Source: Paraspadella gotoi (lineage: Eukaryota > Animalia > Chaetognatha). From it: DNA of 64,000 nt. This document shows, piece by piece, positions 1 through 13,125 of this stretch (its first letter is position 1; the number at the start of each line of letters is the position of its first letter). A program made the position numbers and the translations under genes. The notes under the pieces were generated by a model. It saw nothing but the letters and a program-made list of their open reading frames with translations, was not told the origin of the DNA and made no database searches. The stretch lies in the NCBI GenBank assembly GCA_051294375.1, contig CM119263.1, forward strand, positions 1,391,690 to 1,455,689. The letters run 5' to 3'.

Positions 1-250
1 GTTCGAATCCATTACGGACTTTTCTTTTTTCCGCGACAAAATCATTTCCACGTTTTTTTTTTTATTTTCTTTTTTATTTTCTTTTTAAGGTGAGGTTGGG
101 GTAAGTTTCGCAGCCGAGACTCTGGAGGCCTCCTGACGGAAGTCGGCTTGACTTTGAGTTTGAGACACGTTATATTATTTTTGTTATTTTGTGTTTATAA
201 ATCTAATAATTTCTTACTCGGCGGGAAATGTGGTGAAGCGAGACTGGAGC

Positions 251-353
<103 letters not shown>

Positions 354-1421
354 TTTGCATCGATTAAAGTGAGAAGAGAGGTGAATTTGTAATTCAGATG
401 TGGAGGACGTTTCTGAATTTCACATCGAGTTTGTTTTTTTTTCAGTGAGACTAGAGACGTCGACAGTGATGATGTACTGGAGCGGTTTCAGCTCCAGTGC
501 TGGAGTAAAACGGTATTAGACCAATTGATGGAGTCAAGCGGTATCAGCGCCATAGATGAAGAAAAGCTGTTGTAATTTTGAGCCAGCGATGAAATGAATG
601 TATGAATTGAACTGAAAAGGATAAAATCGTTTAAATTTACTTAAAATAACATTATAGGGTGTTCTTTATACCATATAAGATGTATTATAATGTATATTTC
701 GGTTGAAGCTAATCGTCAATACAAAAGAGAAATGGAACGAAGGAACGACTAAAAGAAAGAAAAAGAAAAAGAAAGAAAGTAGACTGAAAAAAAGGAAGAA
801 TGAAAGACAAAAAATAAAATAGAAAGAGCAAAAGAAAAGTAGGGAAAAATTAAAGAAAGAATAAAAGAATGAAAGAAAGAAAGAGTAAAAGAAAAAGAAA
901 GAAAGAAATTCATTATAAAGACGAAAAGAGGAAGGGAAAGTCGAACTGATTATCCGCTTGAATTTCTTTTCATTTGAGTTTTCATCTTTTCAGTCGCGCA
1001 ATCAAAAAGTATTTGAAAAAAAAAAGTCGTTTAAAACTTTAAGACTCTCATTTTTCGATGACTACTTGACTATTATTCACTACTGGCTTTTCCATTCAAA
1101 TTTGTTTGTACTTCTTAATGAATTTTAGCTTCCGTCTTCAGTTCATAAATTATTTCTTTTTTTTTAACAACAGACAGTCCCATGAACACTCAATGAATAC
1201 TAAATACCCATGAAAAGTCAATGATAATAGCCAAATGAATTCGGCACAACAACCTAAAAAATGCTAAAAAGAAATAACATGTTCATTTCTTTTTCGGCAT
1301 TCTTCTGATTAAAGAGGAGACGGAAAAATGACTAGATAATTGATTTACATCATTGTTTAACTTTAAAGAAAATTCAGGAAGATGATGAAAGGGCCAGACG
1401 ACGAAAGAGTGCTCGACGGAA

Positions 1422-1543
<122 letters not shown>

Positions 1544-2129
1544 GTTAAAAGGAGATAGAGCGGGCAAACTCGATTTTTCTTTTTCGAGGGGCCCGCCATT
1601 CGGAATTTTTTCGGGTAAACAAACGAGCGGCTCCGCATCTTCCTCTTTCATCGCTGAAGCGAATCTTTTTTTCATGCGTCCATGTTGTTACTGACTCTTG
1701 CTAGGGGAAATTTAGTTTAATCCTAAGCATTTTAAGTTTTTAAAAACGGTCCGACCGTTACGATTAGTAAATTATTTTTCATTTCTTCTTTTTTCGAAGG
1801 AAAAAACCTAAATATTTTACATCCTTTACTTTCCTTTTTTCATTTAACGTTTCTTTAAATACTGGCTAAACCTTTTCTTTTAAGATATAAATATCAATTA
1901 TTAATTAATAAATTAAATAATTAATTATTAATCAAGTAACGTAAAATTCTCCTTTCCTCCTTGACTCCATTACAAATGTGGACGCATTCCTCAGAGTCAT
2001 AGTATCTTTGATTCATCGATGACGATGACGATGATGAAGATGATGACGATCGCTAGAGATTATGCGATCAAAATCGGAAAACCATTTTCGACTCGAGTCG
2101 TGAGGGGTCGCGAATTTAGCCCCTTCAAA

Positions 2130-2465
2130 CAGCCGCCCACCCAAAACAGCCACCCACCCAAAACAGCCCCACCAAAAACACAACACACCTCCAAACAGTC
2201 CCCCAAAAACAGCCCCTCCCAAAACAGCCCTCCAAAACAGTCCCCCCCGAAAACAAGCCACCCAAAAACCGCCCCTCCGGAAACCGCCCTCCCAAACAGC
2301 TCTCCCAAAACAAGCTCCTCCAAAAACAGCCCCCAAAACAGCCCCCCTAAAAAAGCCGCTCCAAACAAGCACCCCAAAACAGCGCCCCCCTTAAAAAGCC
2401 CCTCCAAACAAAAGCCACCTCAAAAAGTTATTGTTTTCTAAAACAGCCTCTCCAAACAGCCCCAA
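2130..2465. repeat. Degenerate ~14-15 bp C/A-rich minisatellite (CCCCAAAACAGCC-like)
   Basis: Recurrent CCAAAACAGC core; explains ORFs 2013-2441. Confidence 0.9.
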
Positions 2466-2640
2466 TCCTACTCCCCCTTTGAGTTGTTAAAATTCGAGAT
2501 TGAAGGAAAAAAAATGATTTGAAATAAAATAACCGAACGACTTCGATGATTGTCGGTGATTCACTCTGGACGTGATGAAAGGCAAAACAATTTTTCAATA
2601 AAATAAGTTAATTTTTTTTTTACTGAAAAAGTCGTCAAAT

Positions 2641-2905
2641 TTTTGGCCATATTTTCTAAAAGCCCCCCATTTCAGCTCAATTTTAGAATTAATCTAGTTT
2701 TTAGGTTTAAGAATTAGGTTAAAGGTTAGGAATAGGAATTAGGTTAGGGATTAGGGTTAGCGATTTGGTTAGAGATTCGGTTTAGGATTAAGGTTAGGGA
2801 TTAGGGATTATGGTTAGGGATTAATGAATGCGTTAAGCGTTTGGTAAGAGATTATAAGTAATTCGTAATATTAGGAACAGAAATGGGGCAGATCGGAAAT
2901 AATGC
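2641..2905 (+). mobile_element. Non-autonomous TIR-like element with internal TTAGG/TTAGGG tract (family T, copy 1)
   Basis: Left end GGCCATATTTTCTAAAAGCCCCCCATTTC and right end GAAATGGGGCAGATCGGAAATAA are imperfect inverted repeats; the same ends recur at ~13.0, 33.5, 41.8, 46.1 and 51.2 kb. Confidence 0.6.
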
Positions 2906-3177
2906 AAAATTTTTATTTGTAAAAATTTTGGTAAGAAAATAAGAAACATTTAAAGAACTTTATTTTTATTCGGCATTTTTGTTTCTTCTTGTATAGTTTG
3001 TTTTGTTCTTTTTTGTCCTCCTCTTTCGCTCCATTCTTTTTTCTTTTTTCTTTTTCTTTCTTTTCTTTTTCGATTCCACCTCTCTCAGTCCTCGTTTAGA
3101 CTCAAACGAACAAACAAACATCTGTTTACGAAAAGAAAAAAATTCGGCAAAACAAATCCGAACAAAGAAAAACGAGG

Positions 3178-3286
<109 letters not shown>

Positions 3287-4214
3287 AAAAGAGCATGATT
3301 GAGCGTGGAGCAAAAGAGACAAACAAGCAAAAGAACATGATTGAGCGTGGAGCAGGGGAAAGAGAGAGAGAGAGACAATCACACACAGCAACGGAAAAAG
3401 CTTGCTCGTTCGTAACATGATTCTCTTTACGAGAAAAGTTAAGTGTAATGATTAAGGTTCAATGAAAAGAGATATATCGTGATCTATATATCGTGAGATA
3501 TATCGTGATCGGCGATGTCGCTTCCACATGCTAAATACTTTTTTAGACATCTGTACTTGGGTTTTTATTAAAATTAACAGTTTTTCTTATTTAAAAGAGC
3601 AAAACGTCTCGTTAAGAGACGAATCGAGAGGATCCGGTCCTTCGACTTTCACCAACGCGAATGGAATAAATAGGTGAGAGATGTCGAGGTGACCTCGTGC
3701 GATCAATTGATCGAGGAAGGGGGGAGGGAGTCAATTCAAATCCAAGCACCAGGTGGTTTGATCTCACACCCCCCCTCAAAAGAGCGCGATTTCAGGGCGA
3801 GGAATTGAAATGTCGGGTGTTCGTTGATATGTTTAATGATTTATTTATATCTTTGATAATCGAAACAAATCTTGCGTGAAAAGAGAAAGAGAGAGCGAGA
3901 GAGGAGAGCAGAGAGAGAGAGAGAGAGAGAGAGAGTGGGGAAATCGATATACAGAATTAATTATTTATATTTCTCGACGACGCTTATCGAGTTTGGATTT
4001 CAACGACGACGGCGACGACGACGACGACGACAAAGAAGAAGAAGAAGAAGAAGAATAAAAGCCGTCGCCTTCTCCGAGTTCGAGGATCAACGGGTGACGT
4101 GCGCCGAATCCGAGATGAGGATCGCGCATGCGCGTGGATTAAAGCCAAGCGCGTTGCGCGCGAATCGATCGTCGCACGCAGCAATGATATGACACGAGGG
4201 CAAATGTTTAATAC

Positions 4215-4323
4215 CATTGGGGACTGCTCTCGGTCCAATTAGGGATCGATTTCGGTACAATTGGGGATGGATCTCGGTACAATTGGGGATCGATCTCGGT
4301 ACAATTGGGGATCGATCTCGGTA
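4215..4323. repeat. 22-bp tandem repeat (GGGGATCGATCTCGGTACAATT), ~4.5 copies
   Basis: Direct reading of units. Confidence 0.92.
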
Positions 4324-4495
4324 ACTAACGGTTATGATCTGATTGTATTACTCATTGTAATACTCAATGAGCCACCGGGCTTATCGGCGGGTTGCAAATG
4401 TTGCAAAGCCCGACGACAAAAGAATGATGCTTAAGAAATGGGAACAATCATTATTACAATTATCCAATATCTATTAATTTAACCTTTTGTGAGGT

Positions 4496-4497
<2 letters not shown>

Positions 4498-4554
<57 letters not shown>
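4498..4554. repeat. (AAT)n microsatellite
   Basis: Perfect trinucleotide run. Confidence 0.98.
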
Positions 4555-4842
4555 CGTAATAAAGATAATAACGTATCAAAACTTTCACAGTCGTTCTCTT
4601 TTTAATTTCAAAACTCGGTTAATTGGCAAAAAAAATGTACTGCTAACGTTTTAAACGATACTAATATCATTATTGTAATTGATTATTGTAATAATTGTAA
4701 TCAATCCTCTTGCTAAGTAAAAGTTGACGCCAAAATTAACCGAACTTTTCATAAAACCAACCGATTAATGTGATCTGTGAAAGACTCCCAGCGCATCGCT
4801 CACGTGCGCGAGCGAATCGGAATCCTGGGACCGTCGAGCACC

Positions 4843-4911
<69 letters not shown>

Positions 4912-5045
4912 TGAGAGAGAGAGAACAAATCGTGGAGAAATCTTTTCAACGAACAGACATTATCAACTTGATGAGCGTCGGCTATTAGATGAGCGCAAGG
5001 TCTAATTCACCGAGTACGCAAAGTTCATTTCGCTCTCGCTTTCAT

Positions 5046-5087
<42 letters not shown>

Positions 5088-5182
5088 AGAGGAGAGGAGA
5101 GAGAGAGAGAGAGAGTGATGAGAGAGAGAGATAATCATAACGCTAGTCAGTGATACGGAATAATAATCACAGATTCGTGACA

Positions 5183-5272
5183 TACCGAATAAGATTTATT
5201 TCAGACCGAATAAAATTTATTTCAGACCGAATAAGATTTATTTCAGACCGAATAAGATTTATTTTAGACCGA
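5183..5272. repeat. 21-bp tandem repeat (ACCGAATAAGATTTATTTCAG), ~4 copies
   Basis: Direct reading of units. Confidence 0.92.
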
Positions 5273-5629
5273 TGATAATGGTTGATGATGCTTATGATGA
5301 CAAAGATGACGAGTCATGATTCCATCTTTATTTTCGAATCGTGATTATTTAGAGCGTAATGATGACATTTGTGATGACAACGATTCATAAACTGACAATC
5401 GTAACTGAGATCGATCCCCGGGTGGGCGTGGCCCGATTTAATTGCTTCGTCGCTTTCGTCGTCCCGATGGAAAAAAAGTCGCTTCGTCCATTGTTGACCG
5501 ACGACGATGATGATGACGTTGACAATGACGTCGACAAAGGGGAAATCAATGATAACAAAGATGGCCGACAATGACAATGGCCGTAGTCATTAATGACGGC
5601 TGACGATGAGGACGCCGATGACGATAATG

Positions 5630-6175
5630 AGAACGATGACAATGATTAATTTAATGACGACGATGACAATGATTAATTTAATGATGATGACAATGATTAA
5701 TTTAATGACGACGATGACAGCGATTAATTTAATGACAACGATTAATTTAATGACGATGATGACAATGATTAATTTAATGATGACAATGACAATGATTAAT
5801 TTATTGACGACGATGACAATGATTAATTTAATGACAATGATGACAATGATTAATTTAATGACGACGATGACAATGATTAATTTAATGATGATGACAATGA
5901 TTAATTTAATGACGACAATGACATCGATTAATTGAATGACAACGATGACAACGATTAATTTAATGACGATGATGACAATGATTAATTTAATGACGACGAT
6001 GACAATGATTAATTTAATGACGATGATGACAACGATTAATTTAATGATGATGACAACGATTAATTTAATGACGACGATGACAATGATTAATTTAATGACG
6101 AAGATGACAACGATTAAGTTAATGACGACGATGACAACGATTAATTTAATGACGACGATGACAACGATGATGAAA
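5630..6175. repeat. 24/27-bp minisatellite GACAATGATTAATTTAATGACGACGAT, ~20 copies
   Basis: Fixed GATTAATTTAATGA core with variable GAC/GAT triplets; explains the MTMINLM and IIVIKL ORFs. Confidence 0.95.
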
Positions 6176-7305
6176 ACGATGACGATGATGGTCGACGACG
6201 ATGACGACGATGACAAACATCGACTAGATTCGCGATTTAAATTTTTTTTTAAAGGATCGGTTTCTTCCGCGGGAGACGAACCGGTCCGCGATCCGAGCGA
6301 CGCGTGGTGGCGCGAGTGACGAGCGCCACGTGACGCGCGTAAGGAATCGTCGTCGTCGTCGTTGTTGTCGTCGTCGTCGTCGTCATAGACGTGGTCATTG
6401 TCGTCGTCGATGTGTGATGAGCGTGGCGCTATGAGAGCGGCGAGATGATGATTAGTTTACTGTTTCATTGAGTAATACTAATTAATAGTAATAGTAATTA
6501 AATTACTTAATGAATGGCGATGATGATTGACAAACTTCAAACTTCACGATAGTCGTCCGATTAAAATTCGTCAAAGATTAAAATTAAAAAATCAAAAAAG
6601 TTAAAAAACAATTTAAAAAAAAAGTTAACATTAAATTTAAACTTTAAAGGGAGAAAACGGAAGATTTTAATTAAAGAAAAAGTAATATTTTTAATTTTAG
6701 TTGACAGAAAATGTGATAAACGGTTAGAAAACGTGTTGAGATCCGAGGTCTTTTAATATTAGACTTAAAAAAAAGGCTCTCCCAATTTTAATTTTCTCTT
6801 CGTTATTTTTCGTCTTCTACAAAGTTCAGATTAATTAACTAATTAATTAACTACTAATACAAAAAGTATTACAATTTAAACTCGTGTTCAAAAAAATAAA
6901 CCAGAAGGTTATTTGAGGATCGAGGATTCCCCATATTATGGAGACAGAATAATTGTTGAGAATTGACTAATGATGACCTATGACCCATGACCTATGATCC
7001 AATTAGCGCTTTGAACGGTTTGTGGATTTTAATCTAATTCAATAGTAGAATAACGTCGAGAAAATGTTATTAGTTAATGTTCCATAGTTGTTGGTTTAAC
7101 AAAGCCATGAGAAAGTTAATTTATTTATTTATTTATTTATTGAAATGTAGAATTAATTGCAGGTGCAGAGGAGTCGAGAAGAGAAGAGAAGAGAAGAGAA
7201 GAGAACGACAGATGCGAAAGATAGGAAGGAATTCGGGCGAAGAAAAGAAAAGAAAAGCTCAGCGGACAGACGGGAAAAGAGAGAGAGAGAAAGAAGAGAG
7301 AGAGA

Positions 7306-7378
<73 letters not shown>

Positions 7379-7771
7379 AGAGAGACGAGAGAGAGAGAAG
7401 AGAGAGAAAGAGAGAGAGAAAGGAGAGAAGAGAAGAGAGGAGAGAAAGAGAGAGAGAAGAGAGAGAGAAAAGAAGAGAGAAAGAAGAGAGAGAGAGAGTG
7501 TCCTTATCAAGGTTGACGAAAGGCTATCGGCATTCGGTTCCCATCATTCATGGAACGAGTGACAGATTCGACGAAAAAGCTTAAGCTTAAGTGTGAGACT
7601 GTGAAAGTGATTCCATTGGCCTTCCACTTTATTGCCTCTTCGATGTCGTGACGAATATACATTTTACTGGGAGACGGTATATATACTCTATATATACTCT
7701 ATATATACTCTATATTACCGTAATATAAGCTCTTTATATCCTTCATACACGGGATGTTTTAGGCCACGAAA

Positions 7772-8135
7772 GACCGGGATCGCAGCACCGCTAGAACGGG
7801 ATGGCAGCACCGCAAGAACGGGATCGCAGCACCGCAAGATCGATATCACAGCACAGCAAGAATGGGATTGCCACACCATAAGAGCAGGATCACCGCACCG
7901 CAAGAACGGGATTGCAGCACTGCAAGAACAACATTGCAGCACCACAAGAAAAGGGATTGCATCACCACAAGAAGAGGATCACAGCACTGCAAGAACGGGA
8001 TGGCACCACTGCAAGATCGATATCCCAGCACTAAAAGAACGGGATTGCAGCACCGCAAGAAAAGGATCGCAGCACCGCAAGATCGATATCCCAGCACTGC
8101 AAGAACCGGATCGCAGTACCGCAAAAACGAGATAG
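7772..8135. repeat. 22-bp degenerate minisatellite (GCAAGAACGGGATCGCAGCACC), ~16 copies
   Basis: Recurrent GCAAGA...CAGCAC units; a period not divisible by 3 argues against coding. Confidence 0.9.
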
Positions 8136-8459
8136 CGGGCGCCCAGATTTCGGTGATTCTAAGCGAAAATATTTTGAAGAATTTCTCTTGGATTTCTTCA
8201 GAGCAATAAAACTGGGAAAGTAAAGGTAAGTTAAGGAACTCTTTTTACCTTACTTTTTCCTTTGGAACCTCGATAGAAAAGCGGGTTCTATTTTTAGCCG
8301 TCTCGTTCCATCGCTGCGAGGAACCGGGCAGCGTAATCCCTGCAAGAACTCGACAATAAACTAGATTAATAAAGTTTTTATTCTTGGTTTTTTTAATTTG
8401 AACATACGGAAATAGAGCTTTTTTAGGGGAAGAGGATAACAAAAAATAACAAAATAACA

Positions 8460-8628
8460 AAAAATTATCCATTCATTTAATAAATAAGCTATCTTTCCCC
8501 AGACTTTGGACAGGCTTTGGTGGTTTAAGGCCTCCATCACTCTTACAAGATAATGACATAATGACATAATGACATAGCAGGGTCCTTCAAGCTTTTAATC
8601 AAGACTCTCTCACAGTCTCGTTTATTCA
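8460..8628 (+). mobile_element. Dispersed repeat family A fragment (Penelope-like pLTR/5-prime ORF, or LINE end)
   Basis: TTATCCATTCATTTAATAAATAAGCTATCT...GGACAGGCTTTGGTGGTTTAAGGCCTCCATCACTCTTACAAGATAATGAC...CAAGACTCTCTCACAGT, near-identical to copies at 42972, 50471, 53980 and 63789. Confidence 0.8.
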
Positions 8629-8680
8629 TTTGATATTTATTTTCATTATGACATGACGTTTTAAGAACTAGGGAAACTAG

Positions 8681-8925
8681 TTTTTAGTTGCGCCGCGAAT
8701 ATTCGTTTTCGGTCGGTCGGTCCGTGGGTCAGTCGATATGTCTGTCCGTCGAACTGCTAGCGCCGCCTTCTGGAATTCCTAAAACTATAAAGAATAAAAG
8801 ACGGAATTTTAATGCATTGCAAAAAAAAAATTTTAGTCATGTCATGTCATGTCATATCATGTGATCAAAGGAAAATATCCTTGAAAATAAAGTCACTTCG
8901 GTGAAACAAATTACCGTTCTTGTTT
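8681..8925 (+). mobile_element. Helentron-associated (DINE-1/HINE-like) non-autonomous element, family B
   Basis: T-run + TAGTTGC start, (GTCG/GTCT) microsatellite, and a body CTGCTAGCGCCGCCTTC...AATAAAAGAC...GTCATGTCATATCATGTGATCAAAGG shared with 54718-55080 and 16765-17010. Confidence 0.65.
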
Positions 8926-9004
8926 TGTTTGAAATCCCAAGATCTTTCTTTGTCCTCTTTTGAAAATTTAACCGAAAACAAAGAAAAAGTTAAAACGTTT
9001 AATA

Positions 9005-9115
9005 CTGTGACCCAAAGCTTTCGGTGACCCAGCTGACCCAAAGACTCCAGTGACCCAGCTGACCCAGCTTTGACACCGTGACCCAGCTCTGACTAAGTGA
9101 CCCAAATCTGACCCG
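9005..9115. repeat. Degenerate GTGACCCAGCT repeat cluster
   Basis: TGACCCA core repeated about 8 times. Confidence 0.8.
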
Positions 9116-9188
9116 ACGTAACGAGCGAAGAGACGTTCACTTGACGGACTTAAGAAGTCATCGACTTAAGCCTCTGACTTAGTCTCTC

Positions 9189-9219
<31 letters not shown>

Positions 9220-9339
9220 CTCTCTCTCTGTCTCTCTCTCTCTCTCTTTCTCTCTTTCTCTCTCTCTCTTTCTCTCTCTCTCTTTTTTTTCTCTCTCTCT
9301 CTCACTCTCTCTCTCTCTTTTTTTCTCTCTCTCAATTAC

Positions 9340-9381
<42 letters not shown>

Positions 9382-9602
9382 CCTCCATCCCTCCCTTTCC
9401 TTCAATATTTACACGTAAAAACATCCTCGGCCACATAAACACTTCCTCACCCTCTCACTCTCACTCTCTAACCGTTAAAGAGAGAAAGTCTTCTCTCTTT
9501 TTGTTTGGCGCCATCTTGTTTTGTCCGAGAGAGGGGGGGAAACCGGCGATGGACTCGTTTGGATCTCCGGTTGTGGAATTCCACGCATTTCGATACTCAC
9601 AA

Positions 9603-9658
<56 letters not shown>

Positions 9659-9669
9659 CTTCTCTCTCT

Positions 9670-9735
<66 letters not shown>

Positions 9736-10997
9736 GATTCGAACCGGTTAAACAACGAACGGACGAGAATCTTAACAACCCTGGACTTTGTTCCGTTTCG
9801 CAGTTGCTCTTGCAGTCAATGGTGGCTGATGGTTGTTTTGGTCTCCAGGTTTTGTCTTTCGTTTTTGTCTTTCTCCCTTCTCTGCTCCATTCTCCCACCT
9901 CGCTCAGTTTTCATCTCCTGTCGTCCACGATTCAAAAGCTCCATGGTTCTGCTGGCCTCAGTGGCCCATTGGCCTTATTGACCCATTGGCCTCATTGGCT
10001 TATTGGCCATTCTCCTCTTTTCTCTCTCCTTCTTTTCTGGCCACATGTACATTTTCCTCTTTTCTCTTTTCTTCCTCTTTCCTTTCTTATCAATTTTTTT
10101 CGTTATTCCAATTCTTTTTCAAATTTCCCTCATCTTTTTCAGGTGAGTTTGTTTTTTCCTCCTTTAACTCCTTACCCTTCACTCCGCCGAACTCACTCTG
10201 TCCTGCCTTTCTTTCACCGCCCCGTGTCACAGAGCACCCGCCAAGAAAAGAAAAGAAATAAAAAGAAAAGAAAAGAAAAGAAAAGAAAAGAAAAGAAAAG
10301 AAAAGAAAAGATCAGTTTTTACTCGAGGAAAATGATCCGCGATAAATTCTATTGTGACGGGAGTTGAGAAAAAAAGTTCGCTTAACTTACCCAATTTTAT
10401 CGATTTCACCTCGAACTATCAACAGAAAATTCACAGTCACCAACCATTATTTCTTTTCTTGAGAATTTTGGTCACGGGATAAAAGAAAGAATTTGCAAAT
10501 GTTAACGCTAAGCCATTTCTCAAATTTTCTAATTTTCTAATTTTCTAATTTTCTAATTCACATTAAAATTATGGGTTTATTGCCAGATCGAGATTTAATC
10601 ATGGGAATTAACCACACGTGTTCCACTTTTCCCTTTCGTTTGAACCAAGGGGGGGGGGCATTGGTTGTTTGTTTACCTGACGGAATATTCCATGCGATTC
10701 ATTGGTTTCAATTCAGAACCGTTGACGTCATCAAGCCACGCCCCCTTTTGCCAATTTCCCTTTTTTTAAACGTCCTTGCTTGTCAAGTTAAATGCGCAGA
10801 TTTTGTGTCGTTTTCATATTAGTTTTTTATACGTAAGTAATTGAAATCGTTTTGCTTCGATAAATTTTCTTTTCGAGTAAAAATCAGTTTTTTAATACAT
10901 AAGTTAAAATTGGACGAGAAAGAGAGAAAAGTAATACTAATAAAAAAGTAATACTATTAACCTATTAGGTTTTAGAATATTATTTTTTACTATTATT

Positions 10998-11088
<91 letters not shown>

Positions 11089-11441
11089 CCTTTTTTTCAG
11101 ATTTCTCCCTGACACACCGCGCCTCCCAACTTTGGCAGACAACGCTCGATCGTCTCGCTCTTTGACCGCGCAATCTTCCTTTCGTTTTCCTTTCCTCCCG
11201 CCCGTCCTCCATCTACTTTGCCCGCCCCTGATCCCGCCACTCCCCTGCCATTTTCCCGCCTATCCGCCCGCTCCTCTGCCCGCCTCTTCGCTCGCTTCCC
11301 TCTGCCCGCCCTTCTTCCCACGCTCGCCCGCCCTTCTCATCTTTTCTTGTCGAGTCTCGGGTCGTTATTCAAAAAAAAGCTTTTATATTCAGAGCGGAAG
11401 CATCGGGGCGTCGACCGACTCTCTCCCTCTCTGTCTGTCTG

Positions 11442-11505
<64 letters not shown>

Positions 11506-12944
11506 CTCTGTTTATTCAACATTCACGGTACCGACTGATTCAGTCCAAATTTTTCTTTTCTGTTCTCACCCCCTCACAGAACTCCAAGCGGATTAACATT
11601 CACGGTGAACGTCCTTCCTTCCCTTAGAAAAATGCCAGAAGGGAATGTGGACATTATCAGTAAATTAATGTAATTATAGTTCTTTGTTTAGACCTATAAC
11701 TGAATTATCGGCAAAGTTGAGAGAAATCTATTATCTCTTTTGAGAACGAAATTTGTCAGAGACAATTTCTTAAAGAACTAAAAACGCATCTAAAGACACA
11801 AGTATCATTTGATTTCTTTTACTCATTGATTCTTATTTTATTTCATTTATGTTTTCAGCCTCGCGAGCATCTTGTCTGGTTGTCGGCCCCGTCTTTTGTT
11901 TTAAATTGTGGTTGACAGTCGCGACACTGTGGTCACTTGTCACTGGTCACTGGTCACTGACCAGTGGTCAGTGTTCATTGTGTTCAACTGTGCCTCCCGT
12001 CGGTTTAATAATATTGTGGTTATCCGCGTTGGAGTAATTCCGCTCCTACAAATTAAAAGCGACGATAAATACTCGACGTTTACGTAAATTAGGTGATAGA
12101 TTTTGTCGTGTGACACTGTGACAACTGCGACGCTGTGACTCTTTCACCTCACTCTGTCACTTTTTCTAGTGACACTTTCAGGAAGGAGTGATTCATTAAT
12201 TTTTGTCGCTCCTTTTTTATCACTTTTTCTTTTTTCCTTAATGTGCGTAATATTAATCTACCGTATTTTCATTTCACTTGCACTTATTGCATTATAATAT
12301 TTTAGTTTTTATGGCAATTTGCATGAGAAACTCAAGAAAACGAAGTTCCTCCGGGCGAAACACATTTAATTAGTTTACAAGTGAAACAAAATTGTGACTT
12401 TAAGCTAAAATGCGGGGCTTTCCGAAAAGATGCCCGAAATTTGACTGAACGTCGTTAAAATAAGAGTAATCTGGACCAACTGGATTCTGCTTTTTGATTA
12501 ATTGATAATTGAATTTTTCGGGTTTGATATTTTGCGTGAAAAAAAAACAGCATTTTTTACTTCGTCTCTTTTCTTTTCTTTTTTTCAATGCAATTTTAAT
12601 TTGAAAACAAAAAAAAGTTGATATGAATTTGAAATAAAAAATTGAGATTTTCGTCTCTTCTTTTCCTTTCTCTTTCCTTCTTTGTTCCTCCGAAAATTTA
12701 AAAAAAGTTTTAAAGAAAAAGTTTTTTCTAACTTTTCAGAATTTCTTGCATTTGAAAAGGAACCGAGAGGAAAGGGTTTTTTTTGTTCAAATGAATTTAA
12801 ATAAAAACTGTTTTGATTTGAAATAAACATTAACGAAACCTACACCCAGGATTAATTAAATACAAAATTGAAATAAAAAGTTTTTTCTATGATTTTAAGT
12901 AGATTTAAAAATTTTTTTATTAGTTCGCAGTGATGTGAAAAAAT

Positions 12945-13125
12945 TGGGAGAAAATAAGGGCTCTCTTTTCTAAAAATTAAATATTAATATTTAACCTAAA
13001 TGTGTTCCAAACTAATCACTAATCCCTAATCCTTAATCCCTAACCCTAATCCCTAATCCCTAATCATAAGCCCTAATCTAATCTTGAACCCTAATTCGCG
13101 TTCTGGGAAAATAAGGCCAAATAAA
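12945..13125 (-). mobile_element. Family T copy (CCCTAA-like core)
   Basis: CCCTAATCC array bounded by GTTCTGGGAAAATAAGGCC, the reverse complement of the family T left end. Confidence 0.5.

Noticed and set aside
2700-2830. TTAGGG tracts as a true telomere or chromosome fusion site
   Set aside because: Highly degenerate, short, and embedded in a dispersed TIR-bounded repeat.
7632-8209. Cys/His-rich ORFs over the 22-bp repeat as a metal-binding protein
   Set aside because: The 22-bp period cycles through all frames, so the peptide pattern is a by-product.
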